Positions 63,402 through 64,000 of a stretch of DNA of 64,000 bases are shown here, in pieces. The first letter of the stretch is position 1, and each line of letters begins with the position of its first letter. The notes beneath the pieces were generated by a model. The model made no database searches, was not told where the DNA came from, and saw nothing but the letters and a program-made list of their open reading frames with translations. The stretch covers positions 6,262,001 through 6,326,000 of the forward strand of contig OZ281494.1 in NCBI GenBank assembly GCA_965637545.1, given 5' to 3'. This stretch comes from Phallusia mammillata. Its lineage: Eukaryota. A program made the position numbers and the translations under genes.

Positions 63402-64000
63402 TTATAATGCATTACTCTGCCTGTTCCAATACATGAATGTGAAAAATAAATGTGTGCTATTTGGCGTACCATTGCGTCTTATCTTTTGAAGGCACAACAC
63501 CATAAAAGAGTAGTCCTGGTAAACTTTTTGCGTGCCGCAGGTTCACTGGAAAGTAAGCATGACAGCTTAGCTCCGAATTTGCCCTCAACTTAGATACTAG
63601 ATTTTCTGAAATTGGTTTGAATGAAAAAAGGTAACCTACATTGTTTACCAGGGCGCAGAAGAAAGTATATTCTGGTTGGTGATGGTTTGATTTACGCGTA
63701 ATCAATACAGGAAGCACAAAAAAAACTAGTTGATCAGAAATTTTAGAAAACAAAGTTTCTTCACTTTTCCTCATAAGAAACTTCGAATATTATTTATGCT
63801 GAGGGCCTTGACCCTGATTGCAATAACATAGGCTTAGTTTGGCGAAACAATGCGCTTTTGTTTCTTTGGCAGGAACAATAGATCGTATATCGCAGAAAAG
63901 AGAGTTCGCATTTTGTCTCAATAGAACAAAAAACATACCCAGCAGCAATTGTTCAGTCACATACATAACAAGGTCATGTCAATGCTTTCTAAAACTTTTT

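Noticed and set aside
63457-63774. 105-aa minus-strand ORF at the window end
   Set aside because: No recognisable family. It may belong to a gene or repeat beyond the window but cannot be supported here.
380-63774. Non-standard genetic code to explain stop-interrupted frames
   Set aside because: Well-supported genes terminate normally at TAA (RPLP2, COX5A, NUDT7) and TAG (SLC13), and no conserved domain contains an in-frame stop.

Overview
AT-rich (about 35-37% GC by eye), intron-containing eukaryotic genomic DNA. The compact genes, introns down to about 55-65 nt, many small hAT-type MITEs and chordate-like proteins suggest an invertebrate chordate, probably an ascidian/tunicate (inference). 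1-11.8 kb is essentially non-coding. About 11.9-34.3 kb holds a long + strand locus with a PH-domain exon, a PDZ-domain exon and Tyr-motif exons that can be spliced in phase into one adaptor protein. About 36-63 kb is a dense housekeeping cluster: NUDT7-like (+, C-terminal SKL), RPLP2 (+), COX5A (-), TP53I13/DUF3105-like (+), SLC13 carboxylate/sulfate transporter (-), SH3BGRL (-, intronless CDS) and a single-domain rhodanese (+). All gene models were rebuilt by hand from splice signals, exon phase and recalled protein families; no database search was run. The best hidden elements are in RPLP2 introns: a double-guide box C/D snoRNA whose two antisense elements match two separate 28S rRNA sites that vertebrates and yeast assign to different snoRNAs, and an H/ACA-like snoRNA of unknown target. 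Other leads are a palindromic two-way Kozak start with an antisense micro-gene, altered SLC13 SNT motifs, nested MITEs, a foldback repeat and a candidate poison exon. No CRISPR array, prokaryotic operon, intact transposase or intact tRNA/rRNA gene was seen.
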